DNA of 64,000 nt from Octopus sinensis (Eukaryota): contig NC_043005.1 in NCBI RefSeq assembly GCF_006345805.1, positions 7,688,001 through 7,752,000 on the forward strand, given 5' to 3'. Each line of letters starts with the position of its first letter. The first letter of the stretch is position 1. Under the pieces are notes generated by a model that was given only the letters and a program-made list of their open reading frames with translations, searched no databases and was not told the DNA's origin. Both the position numbers and the translations under genes were made by a program. Of the stretch, positions 53,124-64,000 are shown piece by piece.

Positions 53124-53186
53124 CTATTACGGCCGATCTTATCGATCGGTTTCGCACTAAGGGTTCAATGGAGTGTTAGGTAACAG
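53124..53186 (-). ncRNA. Hammerhead-shaped three-helix fold with a destroyed core
   Basis: CTGTTAC-CTAA-CACT[13 nt]AGTG-C-GAAA-CCGATC[GATAA]GATCGG-C-C-GTAATAG; core shortened and U16.1 is C. Confidence 0.4.
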
Positions 53187-53251
53187 TGTCCGATTACGTA
53201 CATACATACATACACACATGCATACATACACACATACACACGCATGCGCAG

Positions 53252-53289
<38 letters not shown>

Positions 53290-53398
53290 CTCATTGTCTC
53301 TAAATGCGACTAAGGGTGTCAAGACACCTGCATCGCTAGGAATAAGAGCTGAAATGCTCTAATGATGTAGGAAAAGCCCAAAGTACCGATTCGAAAAC

Positions 53399-53451
53399 TC
53401 CTTAGACTGAAAGCTCAGTTTCGGCTATTTCCGTAGCCTATTCAGTAAGGA
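53399..53451 (-). ncRNA. Full-size type I hammerhead ribozyme candidate (G8U variant)
   Basis: TCCTTA-CTGAATA-GGCTA[CGGAAA]TAGCC-GAAA-CTGA[GCTT]TCAG-T-C-TAAGGA: three perfect helices and a GUC site. Confidence 0.65.
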
Positions 53452-53589
53452 CCGCTCCTTTGGCAGATTCCGGACACAATCCTCAGTCAGCATATATGTA
53501 TTTACTATAAAAATTTATGGATAATTTGGCGGGTCGCTAATGTGTATACAAAAATTAATATAAACAGCTATGTATGTATGCATGTCTTC

Positions 53590-54810
53590 TATTATTTAAT
53601 TATTATAAATCTTCCACTGAAGATACAAAGCTCCATCTTTGGGATGTACTTAACACAGACAAATTCACATATGGAGCTTGAGAAAAGTCTTGCATATTTT
53701 TACTGTTCCACTCACAGATTGCACTTGTAATGTACGAATTAGCCGGTCAATTTCTCTTACTGAAAATCCCAGTTTATCCAGATACTCCTTTAAGTATTTA
53801 CTAACAAAACCTAGTGTCCCAGTTATTATTGGTATGAATATGAATTCATAGACTGGATATAGAAGCTGACAGTTTCGAAGCAGTTGTCCATAGATATCCT
53901 CTTTTCCTTTGATTTTCAAAGAGATATTTATATCTACAGGGCAGCTGACCTCTATGATGGTACATACCTTTGGCCCTTGTCTCAAATAACAATATCCGGC
54001 CTGTTATGTTTACATTTGACAAATGTTTTGATGGGAATATTCCACCAGTATTCCTTGAGTTGGTGTTTATAAATGTTTTCTATAACAGAAGGATTTTCTA
54101 AGTTTATTTTTGGACAGTCTTTTTTTACAGATGGCATTGCAAATTGTTTTATCGACAACATCGAGCCGCATAGGGAGGTAGTACCGTGATGACATTTTAG
54201 GACAGCTGCTACTCACGTCATTTTCCCACAGAAACATGACATAGCCTGCACATCTGGTTGCACCTTGGGAATACAAGAGCGTCACTGTCTCTCTCGTTCA
54301 CCAGGTACTTCGTGGCAATCTCCTGTTCCTGGATTGCAAACGCATAGCCTTCAAAATGTAATGTGATGCAGTGGTCTTGTGTTTAAGAGAGGCTGCGCTT
54401 CGTGTCAATTCTATTGTCTTCAAGCTTCCGTGCATAGTCTTTTTTGTGTATGCTGAGTGCTTTCCATCCAGGTCTTCTCTGAGGTAAGAGAACCCAGCTG
54501 TTTTGGGGCTCATCAGGAAGAGGGTGCTTCTTGCGGAGCTCACTGCCAACTCGTACAGCACTGCATTTATATATTTATTTTATATTTATATTATACATAT
54601 TTTCAGCACTACATTTATATATTTATTTTTGCTGCTGTTGTTGCCTGCGTGATACCATACGGCATTCGAAGGCCGTCTGCACTGGTTTCAGGCCTCTACC
54701 ACCTTCATTTCTCCTTAGGCAGAGCCTGTCAACATCACCGTTTCTGTGGAAGTTCCCAGTTGTTGTCAGGATTTTTGGGGTTTTGATATCTATGGAGTGG
54801 ATTTCATCTA
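53590..54810 (-). pseudogene. 5'-truncated R4/Dong-clade non-LTR retrotransposon (RT C-terminus, CCHC knuckle, restriction-like endonuclease)
   Basis: WSVDEIHSIDIKTPKILT..GNFHRNGDVDRLCLRRNEGGRGL; SSSCPKMSSRYYLPMRLD; VCTIIEVSCPVDIN..K..K...Y..L and PIITGTLG; TAA-rich 3' end. Confidence 0.85.
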
Positions 54811-54897
54811 CAGACCAATATGTATGTATGTGTGTGTGTGTTGTGTGTATGTATATATGTATGTATGTGTGTGTGTATGTATGTATATATGTATGTA

Positions 54898-54932
<35 letters not shown>

Positions 54933-55221
54933 ATGTATGTATGTATGTATGTATGTATGTGTGTGTGTGTGTGTATGTATGTGTGTGTGTGCGTGTGTGT
55001 ACGAATGTACGTTGATACTCTGATAATTTCTTGTTCTGAGTAGTTTCTATTACTGACCACTACTGCCCTCACTGATATTGGTTACACATAACAATTGCAA
55101 AAACATTCACAGAAAGTCAGAGGCACGAACTATTAGAACGTTTCTTCATATTGCGCCGCCTCTACTCTTAGGAACGCCGATAGGGATGAAATAAGCACAC
55201 GTACATATTCTTTTTCTTTTC

Positions 55222-55436
55222 TTTTATTCTTTTACTTGTTTCAGTCATTTGACTGCGGCGATGCTGGAGCACCGCCTCTAATCGAGCAACTCGATCCCGG
55301 GACTTATTCTTTTGTAAGCCCAGTACTTATTCTATCGGTCTTTTTGCCGAAGCGCCATAAGTAACGGGGACATAAACACACCAGCATCGGTTGTCAAGCA
55401 ATGCTAGGAGGACAAACACAGACACAATCACACACA

Positions 55437-55474
<38 letters not shown>

Positions 55475-55640
55475 TACGACGGGCTTCTTTCAGTTTCCGT
55501 CTACCAAATCCACTCACAAGGCTTTGGTCGGCCCGAGGCTATAGTGGAAGACACATGCCAAAGGTGCCACGCAGTGGGACTGAACCCGGAACCATGTGGT
55601 TGGTTAGCAAGCTACTTACCACACAGCCACTCCTGCGCCT
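55222..55640 (-). mobile_element. SINE family C
   Basis: Head and tail as above. Confidence 0.9.
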
Positions 55641-56060
55641 ATTATGCGGAAGATTTACGGAAATTTTGTTCCAAACCTTGCGATAAAAGAAAAAATGAAC
55701 AACACATACAACATGAATGTGAGGTAGAGTCAGATCTCGACATTTCCTTCCTCAAACTCTCGCGTCAAGAACTTCAACCGCTTGACCTTTAAAAGACTAA
55801 TATTATTCACCTATCGGTCTTTAAGAAAATCAGTTTTCCTTGAGTAATGCACCGAGATACGTTTTCAAGTATCTCGGTGCATTTCTCGCCAACATTGCAG
55901 ATTTGCTACTTGTTATAATGCAGATCAAAGAAGCCGACTATTCTCCACACATATCCAGTATCGGATTTCTCGTTTCTTACAGACACAATCTTAATCTCCG
56001 TCTTTTCTTTCTTATCCACAATCAATACCACGTATACTCGAAAAAAATAATAGACACACA

Positions 56061-56464
56061 GGCGCAGGAGTGGCTGTGTGGTAAGTAGCTTGCTAACCAA
56101 CCACATGGTTCCGGGTTCAGTCCCACTGCGTGGCATCTTGGGCAAGTGTCTTCTGCTATAGCCCCGGGCCGACCAATGCCTTGTATGTGGATTTGGTAGA
56201 CGGAAACTGAAAGAAGCCTGTCGTATATATGTATATATATATAAGTGTGTGTGTGTATATGTTTGTGTGTCTGTGTTTGTCCCCCTAGCATTGCTTGACA
56301 ACCGATGCTGGTGTGTTTACGTCCCCGTCACTTAGCGGTTCGGCAAAAGAGACCGATAGAATAAGTACTAGGCTTACAAAAGAATAAGTCCCGGGGTCGA
56401 TTTGCTCGACAAAAGGCGGTGCTCCAGCATGGCCGCAGTCAAATGACTGAAACAAGTAAAAGAG
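56061..56464 (+). mobile_element. SINE family C
   Basis: Head and tail as above. Confidence 0.9.
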
Positions 56465-56642
56465 TACACACGCACACACATAAAGAAACACAAGCATACA
56501 GACACACACAATCCCTCCTCCTAAACAAAACAAAGCATTAGAGCAGGCACTCAGACGGCGAGACTTAGAATATTTAACTCTGAAGATAGGGTCCTGCTGA
56601 TGCATTGATGGTCAAAACAAATACAGAACCAATGTATATAAG

Positions 56643-57024
56643 TGGCACTCAGTCGGTTGCGACGACGAGGGTTCCGGTTGATCCGAATCAACGGAACAGC
56701 TTGATCGTGAAATTAACGTGCAAGTGGCTGAGCACACCACAGACAAGTGTACCCTTAACGTAGTTCTCGGGGAGATTCAGCGTGACACAGAGTGTAACAA
56801 GGCTGGCTCTTTGAAGTACAGGTACAACAAAAACTGGAAGAAAAAGTGAGAGAAAGCAGTGGCAAAAAAGTACAGCAGGGTTCATCACGATTCCCTGCCG
56901 GAACCTCATGGACCTTTAGGTGTTTTCGCTCAATAAACACTCACAACGCCCGATCAGGGAATCGAAACCGCTATCCTAAGACCAAGAGTCCGCTGCCCTA
57001 ACCACTGGGCCATTGCGCCTCCAC
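56643..57024 (-). mobile_element. SINE H1-T1 (diverged)
   Basis: Homologous to 51190-51560. Confidence 0.88.
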
Positions 57025-57049
57025 ACACACCACACACACACACACTATT

Positions 57050-57082
<33 letters not shown>

Positions 57083-57214
57083 CCCAAATATATATATATA
57101 GATATTATATAAATACATTATACGCATATATATATATAACACTATACGTATATACATATATACATGTATATATAATTATATATATTTTTATATTTATATA
57201 TATATATATATATA

Positions 57215-58318
57215 TATTAGAAAAAATAAGGTACTCAGAGATCTGGATGGTTGTACATATACAAATATTTATTAACATGTCACTCTTTCATCAAATAGAA
57301 TCTTCGGATCTAAATTTTGTGAAGGGATTTGTCTCTTTTTATAGTATTAGTGAATGGATTGGGATGGACAGGGAATGACATCTTCTTCAGAGAGAATATG
57401 CAACAACACTTCATAGCAAAATTCTCCCCCAAAATAAATCGCTGAAAATATGAAAATCACATCAACTTCCTTATAAACCCAGCTGGAACCCTAAGATATA
57501 TGCATATGTGTGTGTGTGTGTGTGGGTTTGTATATACATAAATAGAAACATTCTTGCATCTAGATTTTCCAACCCATACCAGCATGTGAATCAAGCATTG
57601 GACAATGATGATGATAATAAGTCCAGATAATTTTTTGCAGAAATAACTATCATTATTCCTCATCAAAACAGACCCCACTTAGAGTAACCACCACCTGGTC
57701 TTGCCATTTTTACAGACCAAGAATCAACTAATCATCTTTTATTGAAAGAACTGATCAACTGTTTAGATATAAACACATTTTTCTTCTTTCTTTCTTCCTT
57801 CCTTTCTTTCCTTCTCTTTTCCATTGACATTAAGAAAAAACACTTTTCACTTTGAAAACATTTTTCTTTCAGACCCTCTGGTGAGCTGGCTGAACCAAAA
57901 TAAGCATCTGTTCTAGCCAACTACTTAAAAATATATATTTTCTTTTTTTCTTTGTCTCTTGTTCAAAACGTTTCCTTTCAGATACACAGGCACACACACA
58001 ACACACGTGCGCGCACATACACACACATACACACATACTCTCTCTCACTTTCTCCCTCCACTATATCCCCATTCATCTCCCTCTTTTCCTACCCTATACG
58101 CTCCACATTACTCTTCTTTCCGCCCTCTCTCTCCACCATAACCCATTGACTAATAATACTATAAAAAGAGATAAATCCCTTCACAAAATTTAAATCTGAA
58201 AAATCTATTAGAGTAGATGAAAGCGCTTATATGTGATTTATAAAAACATGTGACATGTTAATAAATATTTGTATGTGTACAACCATCCAGATCTCTGAGT
58301 ACATTATTTTTTCTAATA
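57215..58318. repeat. Inverted repeat pair (~150-175 bp arms) about 0.8 kb apart
   Basis: TATTAGAAAAAATAAGGTACTCAGAGATCTGGATGG... at 57215 and its reverse complement ending at 58318. Confidence 0.8.
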
Positions 58319-58349
58319 TAATATCTGTACATCATCTCCAAACCTTCTA

Positions 58350-58408
<59 letters not shown>

Positions 58409-58790
58409 TTTTACTTGTTTCAGTCATTGATTGCGGCCATGCTGGAGCACCGCCTTTAGTCGAGCAAATCGACCCCAGGAATTATTCTGGGTAAGCCTAG
58501 TTATTCTATCGGACTCTTTTGCCGAACCGCTAAGTTATGGGGATGTAAACACACCACCATCGGTTGTCAAGCGATGTTGGAGGGACAAGCACAGACACAC
58601 AAACATATACACACACATATATATACGACAGGCTTCTTTCAGTTTCCGTCTACCAAATCCACATTCAAGGCTTTGGTCGGCTCGAGGCTATAGTAGAAGA
58701 CACTTACCCAAGATGCCACGCAGCGGGACTGAACCCGGAACCATGTGGTTGGGAAGCAAGTTTCTTACCACACAGCTACGCCCGCGCCTA
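58409..58790 (-). mobile_element. SINE family C (duplicated at 60473-60850)
   Basis: Head and tail as above. Confidence 0.88.
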
Positions 58791-58806
58791 TGTAGATATA
58801 CTGTGC

Positions 58807-58849
<43 letters not shown>

Positions 58850-59152
58850 AAATTGATCAAAATAAAAACATGATGCCAAAGGATTCAGCGGTACATATGT
58901 TTCGGGCCTTTATTAGACAGATTTATAACAATGCATAATGTATGTCTGTGGCCTTCTCATCCGCGCACAACAACTTCCACAAGAACATGTGTTACAACCA
59001 AGAATTTTTGATGTAACACATGTTCTTGTGGAAGTTGTTGTCGCGCTGCACGAAGGCCACAGACATACATTATGCATTGTTATAAATCTGTTAATAAAGG
59101 CCGAAACTATGTACCGCTGAATCCTTGGCATCAGTTTTTATTTGATCAATTT
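58850..59152. repeat. ~300-bp fold-back palindrome next to (TA)n (duplicated at 60911-61213)
   Basis: Arms 58850-58996 and 59012-59152. Confidence 0.9.
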
Positions 59153-59245
59153 ACTCACCAAACTAACACCACCAAACGGTATATACAGGGGTACTTAGAA
59201 TTATCAAGTACTCACCCCGCCAATTTCTGTACTCAACTATATATA

Positions 59246-59276
<31 letters not shown>

Positions 59277-59419
59277 GTGTTTGTGTGTGTGTGTGTGTGT
59301 GTGTATGTGTGTGTGTGCGCGCAGTGTGTTGACTACTGAAATACGTAGGCATACTTTCACTCCTTGTTTGGTCTGAATACAAACATAGCAGCTGATGGCG
59401 AATAGAGGTATAACATTTG

Positions 59420-59519
59420 NNNNNNNNNNNNNNNNNNNNNNNNNNNNNNNNNNNNNNNNNNNNNNNNNNNNNNNNNNNNNNNNNNNNNNNNNNNNNNNNN
59501 NNNNNNNNNNNNNNNNNNN
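59420..59519. other. Assembly gap (100 N)
   Basis: Run of n. Confidence 1.
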
Positions 59520-60414
59520 AAAATCACATCAACTTCCTTATAACCCAGCTGGAACCCTAAGATATATGCATATGTGTGTGTGTGTGTTGTGGGTTTGATA
59601 TACATAAATAGAAAACATTCTTGCATCTAGATTTTCCAACCCATAACCGCATTGTGAATCAAGCTTGGACATGATGATGATAATAAGTCCAGATAATTTT
59701 TTGCAGAAATAACTATCATTATTCCTCATCAAAACAGACCCCACTTAGAGTAACCACCACCTGGTCTTGCCATTTTTACAGACCAAGAATCAACTAATCA
59801 TCTTTTATTGAAAGAACTGATCAACTGTTTAGATATAAACACATTTTTCTTCTTTCTTTCTTCCTTCCTTTCTTTCCTTCTCTTTTCCATTGACATTAAG
59901 AAAAAACACTTTTTCACTTTGAAAACATTTTTCTTTCAGACCCTCTGGTGAGCTGGCTGAACCAAAATAAGCATCTGTTCTAGCCAACTACTTAAAAATA
60001 TATATTTTCTTTTTTTCTTTGTCTCTTGTTCAAAACGTTTCCTTTCAGATACACAGGCACACACACAACACACGTGCGCGCACATACACACACATACACA
60101 CATACTCTCTCTCACTTTCTCCCTCCACTATATCCCCATTCATCTCCCTCTTTTCCTACCCTATACGCTCCACATTACTCTTCTTTCCGCCCTCTCTCTC
60201 CACCATAACCCATTGACTAATAATACTATAAAAAGAGATAAATCCCTTCACAAAATTTAAATCTGAAAAATCTATTAGAGTAGATGAAAGCGCTTATATG
60301 TGATTTATAAAACATGTGACATGTTATAAATATTTGTATGTGTACAACCATCCAGATCTCTGAGTACATTATTTTTTCTAATATAATATCTGTACATCAT
60401 CTCCAAACCTTCTA

Positions 60415-60473
<59 letters not shown>

Positions 60474-60867
60474 TTTTACTTGTTTCAGTCATTGATTGCG
60501 GCCATGCTGGAGCACCGCCTTTAGTCGAGCAATCGACCCCAGGAATTATTCTGGGTAAGCCTAGTTATTCTATCGGACTCTTTTGCCGAACCGCTAAGTT
60601 TTGGGGATGTAAACACACCACCATCGTTGTCAAGCGATGTGTGGAGGGACAAGCAAAGACACACAACATATACACACACATATATATACGACAGGCTTCT
60701 TTCAGTTTCCGTCTACCAAATCCACATTCAAGGCTTTGGTCGGCTCGAGGCTATAGTAGAAGACACTTACCCAAGATGCCACGCAGCGGGACTGAACCCG
60801 GAACCATGGGTTGGGAAGCAAGTTCTTACCACACAGCTACGCCCGCGCCTATGTAGATATACTGTGC

Positions 60868-60910
<43 letters not shown>

Positions 60911-61306
60911 AAATTGATCAAAATAAAAACATGATGCCAAAGGATTCAGCGGTACATATGTTTCGGGCCTTTATTAGACAGATTTATAACAATGCATAAT
61001 GTATGTCTGTGGCCTTCTCATCCGCGCACAACAACTTCCACAAGAACATGTGTTACAACCAAGAATTTTTGATGTAACACATGTTCTTGTGGAAGTTGTT
61101 GTCGCGCTGCACGAAGGCCACAGACATACATTATGCATTGTTATAAATCTGTTAATAAAGGCCGAAACTATGTACCGCTGAATCCTTGGCATCAGTTTTT
61201 ATTTGATCAATTTACTCACCAAACTAACACCACCAAACGGTATATACAGGGGTACTTAGAATTATCAAGTACTCACCCCGCCAATTTCTGTACTCAACTA
61301 TATATA

Positions 61307-61337
<31 letters not shown>

Positions 61338-61984
61338 GTGTTTGTGTGTGTGTGTGTGTGTGTGTATGTGTGTGTGTGTGCGCGTGTGTGTTGAACTACT
61401 GAAATACGTATGCATACTTTCACTCCTTGTTTGGTCTGAATACAAACATAGCAGCTGATGGCGAATAGAGGTTAAACATTTGTCTTTACAAGAAAAAAAA
61501 AAAGCGAAATATGAGGTTACCAGAGAAAACTGAAGAATTTAGGTAATAGACTTGAAGAGAAAATGCTAAACATTCAAATACGCAATGGAATCTAACATCA
61601 TTTCCAGACCACTGCTTCGTTCCCTACCAAGTAGGTCAAACAGCGATGAATGCCACAGTCAGTATTACACCTATCATCAATATTAAGTATGTCATATTAT
61701 CAAATACTTCATAGAAGGTGGGAGGAATCGTAAATAACTCAAAAGATTTAATTATACCCAGGGTGAATATATCTTCCGGGTAGACATTGTCTTTTAGGAA
61801 ATAAATACTAGTCAAGTACTGTGGGTTGATTTAATCGACTATTTCTTTTTCCAAAATTATTGACCGTGACCAAATATAAGAAATCTAATTATTGGAACTC
61901 TCGTTGGTAGATTTGACATTTAAATGAAAATTGCAATACCTTGACTATATTCAACGCAATGTCATTTGTGTATATATATATATA

Positions 61985-62283
61985 TATGTTCCTTCTCGAG
62001 CCATGCCTGGCTCATTAGGGCCGGTTTTCCGGTTTCTTGGCGTATAGGTTCCCCACCTGGACAGGACACCGGTCCGTCGCAGGTGAGCTGCAAGATGCAG
62101 GAGGAAAGAGTGAGAGAAAGTTGTGGCGAAAGAGTCAGCAGAAGTTTCGCCATTACTTTCTGCCGGAGCTGCGTGGAGCCTAGGTGTTTCGCTCATAAAC
62201 ACACACATCGCCCGGTCTGAGATTCGAACCCGCGATCCCTCGACCGCGAGTCTGCCGCTCTAACCACTAGGCCATGTGTCTCC
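61985..62283 (-). mobile_element. SINE H1-T2
   Basis: 15-bp TSD CAATGTCATTTGTGT; (TA)n tail. Confidence 0.92.
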
Positions 62284-63380
62284 AATGTCATTTGTGTGCT
62301 CTAATATGATGGGACTGATGAAAACCAATGAAATCTAGTTGCTAAAATATTGTTTGTTTTCCCAGGTTCGAAGGTTGTATACCTTCCTGTATATATAATA
62401 TATATCGAAGGTTGTATACCTTACTGATATATAATATATATCCTTGTGCTGTGAAAAAAAAAATTACGCACATGCGCTCGCACACACATACACGTCTATT
62501 ATATGTTATTCCTCTATATCTATATATCTATAGTTATACATATACGGGCGTGCATGTACACATATGCGCATTTAGTTTGTGAATGCGCATATGTAATATG
62601 TCTACATATTTTTAGGATACCGAACTTGGGAGAATTTTATTCTCTTTTCAAACTGAAGCAAAAGTTTACTTTTAGCATCACATAAATGGTAACTTATCTT
62701 CAACCTAAGCGGATAATGATCTAACCAAGAAGCGTCATGTGAGCCATTGGTACGTACAAGAACATGTCTCCAAAGAAAGTGACAATATTCAAACGATTCT
62801 AGCATTTGAGTTAAAGATTTGATCATTTGCCTCCAAGAGTAAGATTTGAAATCGTATTTACAATTATTTTATCTCTGTAAGATACTGTATTCATGATATC
62901 AGCATAAATCTTTTAAGCTGTTTTAGAGATAATTAAAAAATATATATGATAATATTGTTACAAACTAAAAACGGTAATCACGTGCCATCTAGGATTAAAA
63001 GATAACCACAAAGTATCTCATTACAAAACAAGGTAAAGATGCATTTAGAGAATAATGTCAGGAGCATTATGTACACCGCATATAAGTTGCTGCAAAAGGT
63101 ATTAGTATAGCTTACGTAAGCAAATGTTTAGACAGTTAGGAAGTACTGAGAGAAAGAAGAGAAAAAGATGACTTGAAATATCTATGGTTAATTAACATTA
63201 ACTTTTCAACTAGCACTGTACTTGCTTGCTGGTTACAGCCTTTGGGCTGTAATGTATATCCAATTAACCTAATGATGTAACCCGTATTTTCAGCTTTTGA
63301 TTGTTCTAAAATATTTTTGCTTTGGTACTAGTAAAATAATCAACTACTAATATTTCAAAATATGGTTTTAGATATATATA

Positions 63381-63429
<49 letters not shown>

Positions 63430-63617
63430 TATATATTATATATATATAATCTAATATATTATATATATATATCTGTGAAATAGAAAGATTAAATCGTAGT
63501 AGATTAATCAAAAGTTAACCGATACTAGTAGCAGAAATCACAGCAGTAAACAGCACGGTTGGAGGTACAACCATCTGGCGTTGCAAGCAACCGTGTCGTT
63601 GTGCGGATAATTGAAAT

Positions 63618-63819
63618 TAAAACATTATTGGTGAATTGAAGAAATGGAGCTGAACGCAGATTGAACAGAAATCGTTTTATTTCATTCTACACGTGTTTCG
63701 AAAGGCACACAATTACCAAAATTGGATTTTGGTAATTTGTGCCTTTCGAAACACGTGTAGAATGAAATAAACGATTTCTGTTCAATCTGCGTTCAGCTCC
63801 ATTTCTTCAATTCACCAAT

Positions 63820-63828
<9 letters not shown>
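63618..63828. repeat. Near-perfect ~210-bp palindrome abutting (TA)n
   Basis: Arms meet at a 5-nt loop (63722-63726) and differ only by small indels. Confidence 0.92.
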
Positions 63829-63907
<79 letters not shown>

Positions 63908-64000
63908 ATATATATATACATATACACATATATACATATGGTATTATATTTTCATTTATTTTTCCCTCACATTACAGATACGAATAAGAGAAACAAAATC

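Larger units (their letters stand above)
57453..61482. repeat. ~2 kb direct duplication across the scaffold gap (57453-59419 vs 59520-61482)
   Basis: Near-identical sequence differing mostly by small indels; the copies abut the 100-N gap. Confidence 0.92.

Noticed and set aside
3081-62283. tRNA-like sequences with A and B boxes
   Set aside because: They lack a complete cloverleaf and continue into SINE bodies with TSDs, so they are SINE heads, not tRNA genes
62310-62345. CTGATGA...GAAAT motif
   Set aside because: No helix I or II pairing
4450-63940. Many ORFs rich in YI/HT/CV/MY repeats
   Set aside because: They are translations of (TA)n, (CA)n and (TATG)n microsatellites, not genes

Overview
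AT-rich, microsatellite-saturated eukaryotic DNA. The SINE heads and tails and the repeat landscape suggest a coleoid cephalopod, probably Octopus (inference). No intact host protein-coding gene is recognisable. Nearly all listed ORFs are microsatellite or SINE read-through; there is one candidate exon at 25633-25750. The window is a transposable-element graveyard: several tRNA-headed SINE families, many with target-site duplications (TSDs); decayed RTE, CR1-like and R4/Dong-like LINEs; a Gypsy integrase fragment; hAT and mariner remnants; two non-autonomous Helitron families; and a MITE carrying (CCCTAA)n. A 100-N gap at 59420-59519 is flanked by a probably artefactual ~2 kb duplication. The most interesting signals are: (i) several hammerhead-ribozyme-like folds, one with three perfect helices and a GUC site (53399-53451, minus strand); (ii) four unrelated long fold-back hairpins, three sharing an arm'-arm-extension architecture and two carrying hammerhead-like parts, consistent with a Penelope/retrozyme-type mobilisation system; (iii) Helitron copies flanked by 11-13 bp direct repeats; (iv) a SINE that appears to target GGTATT, including that site inside its own family. 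All folding and homology calls were made by eye and are not computed.
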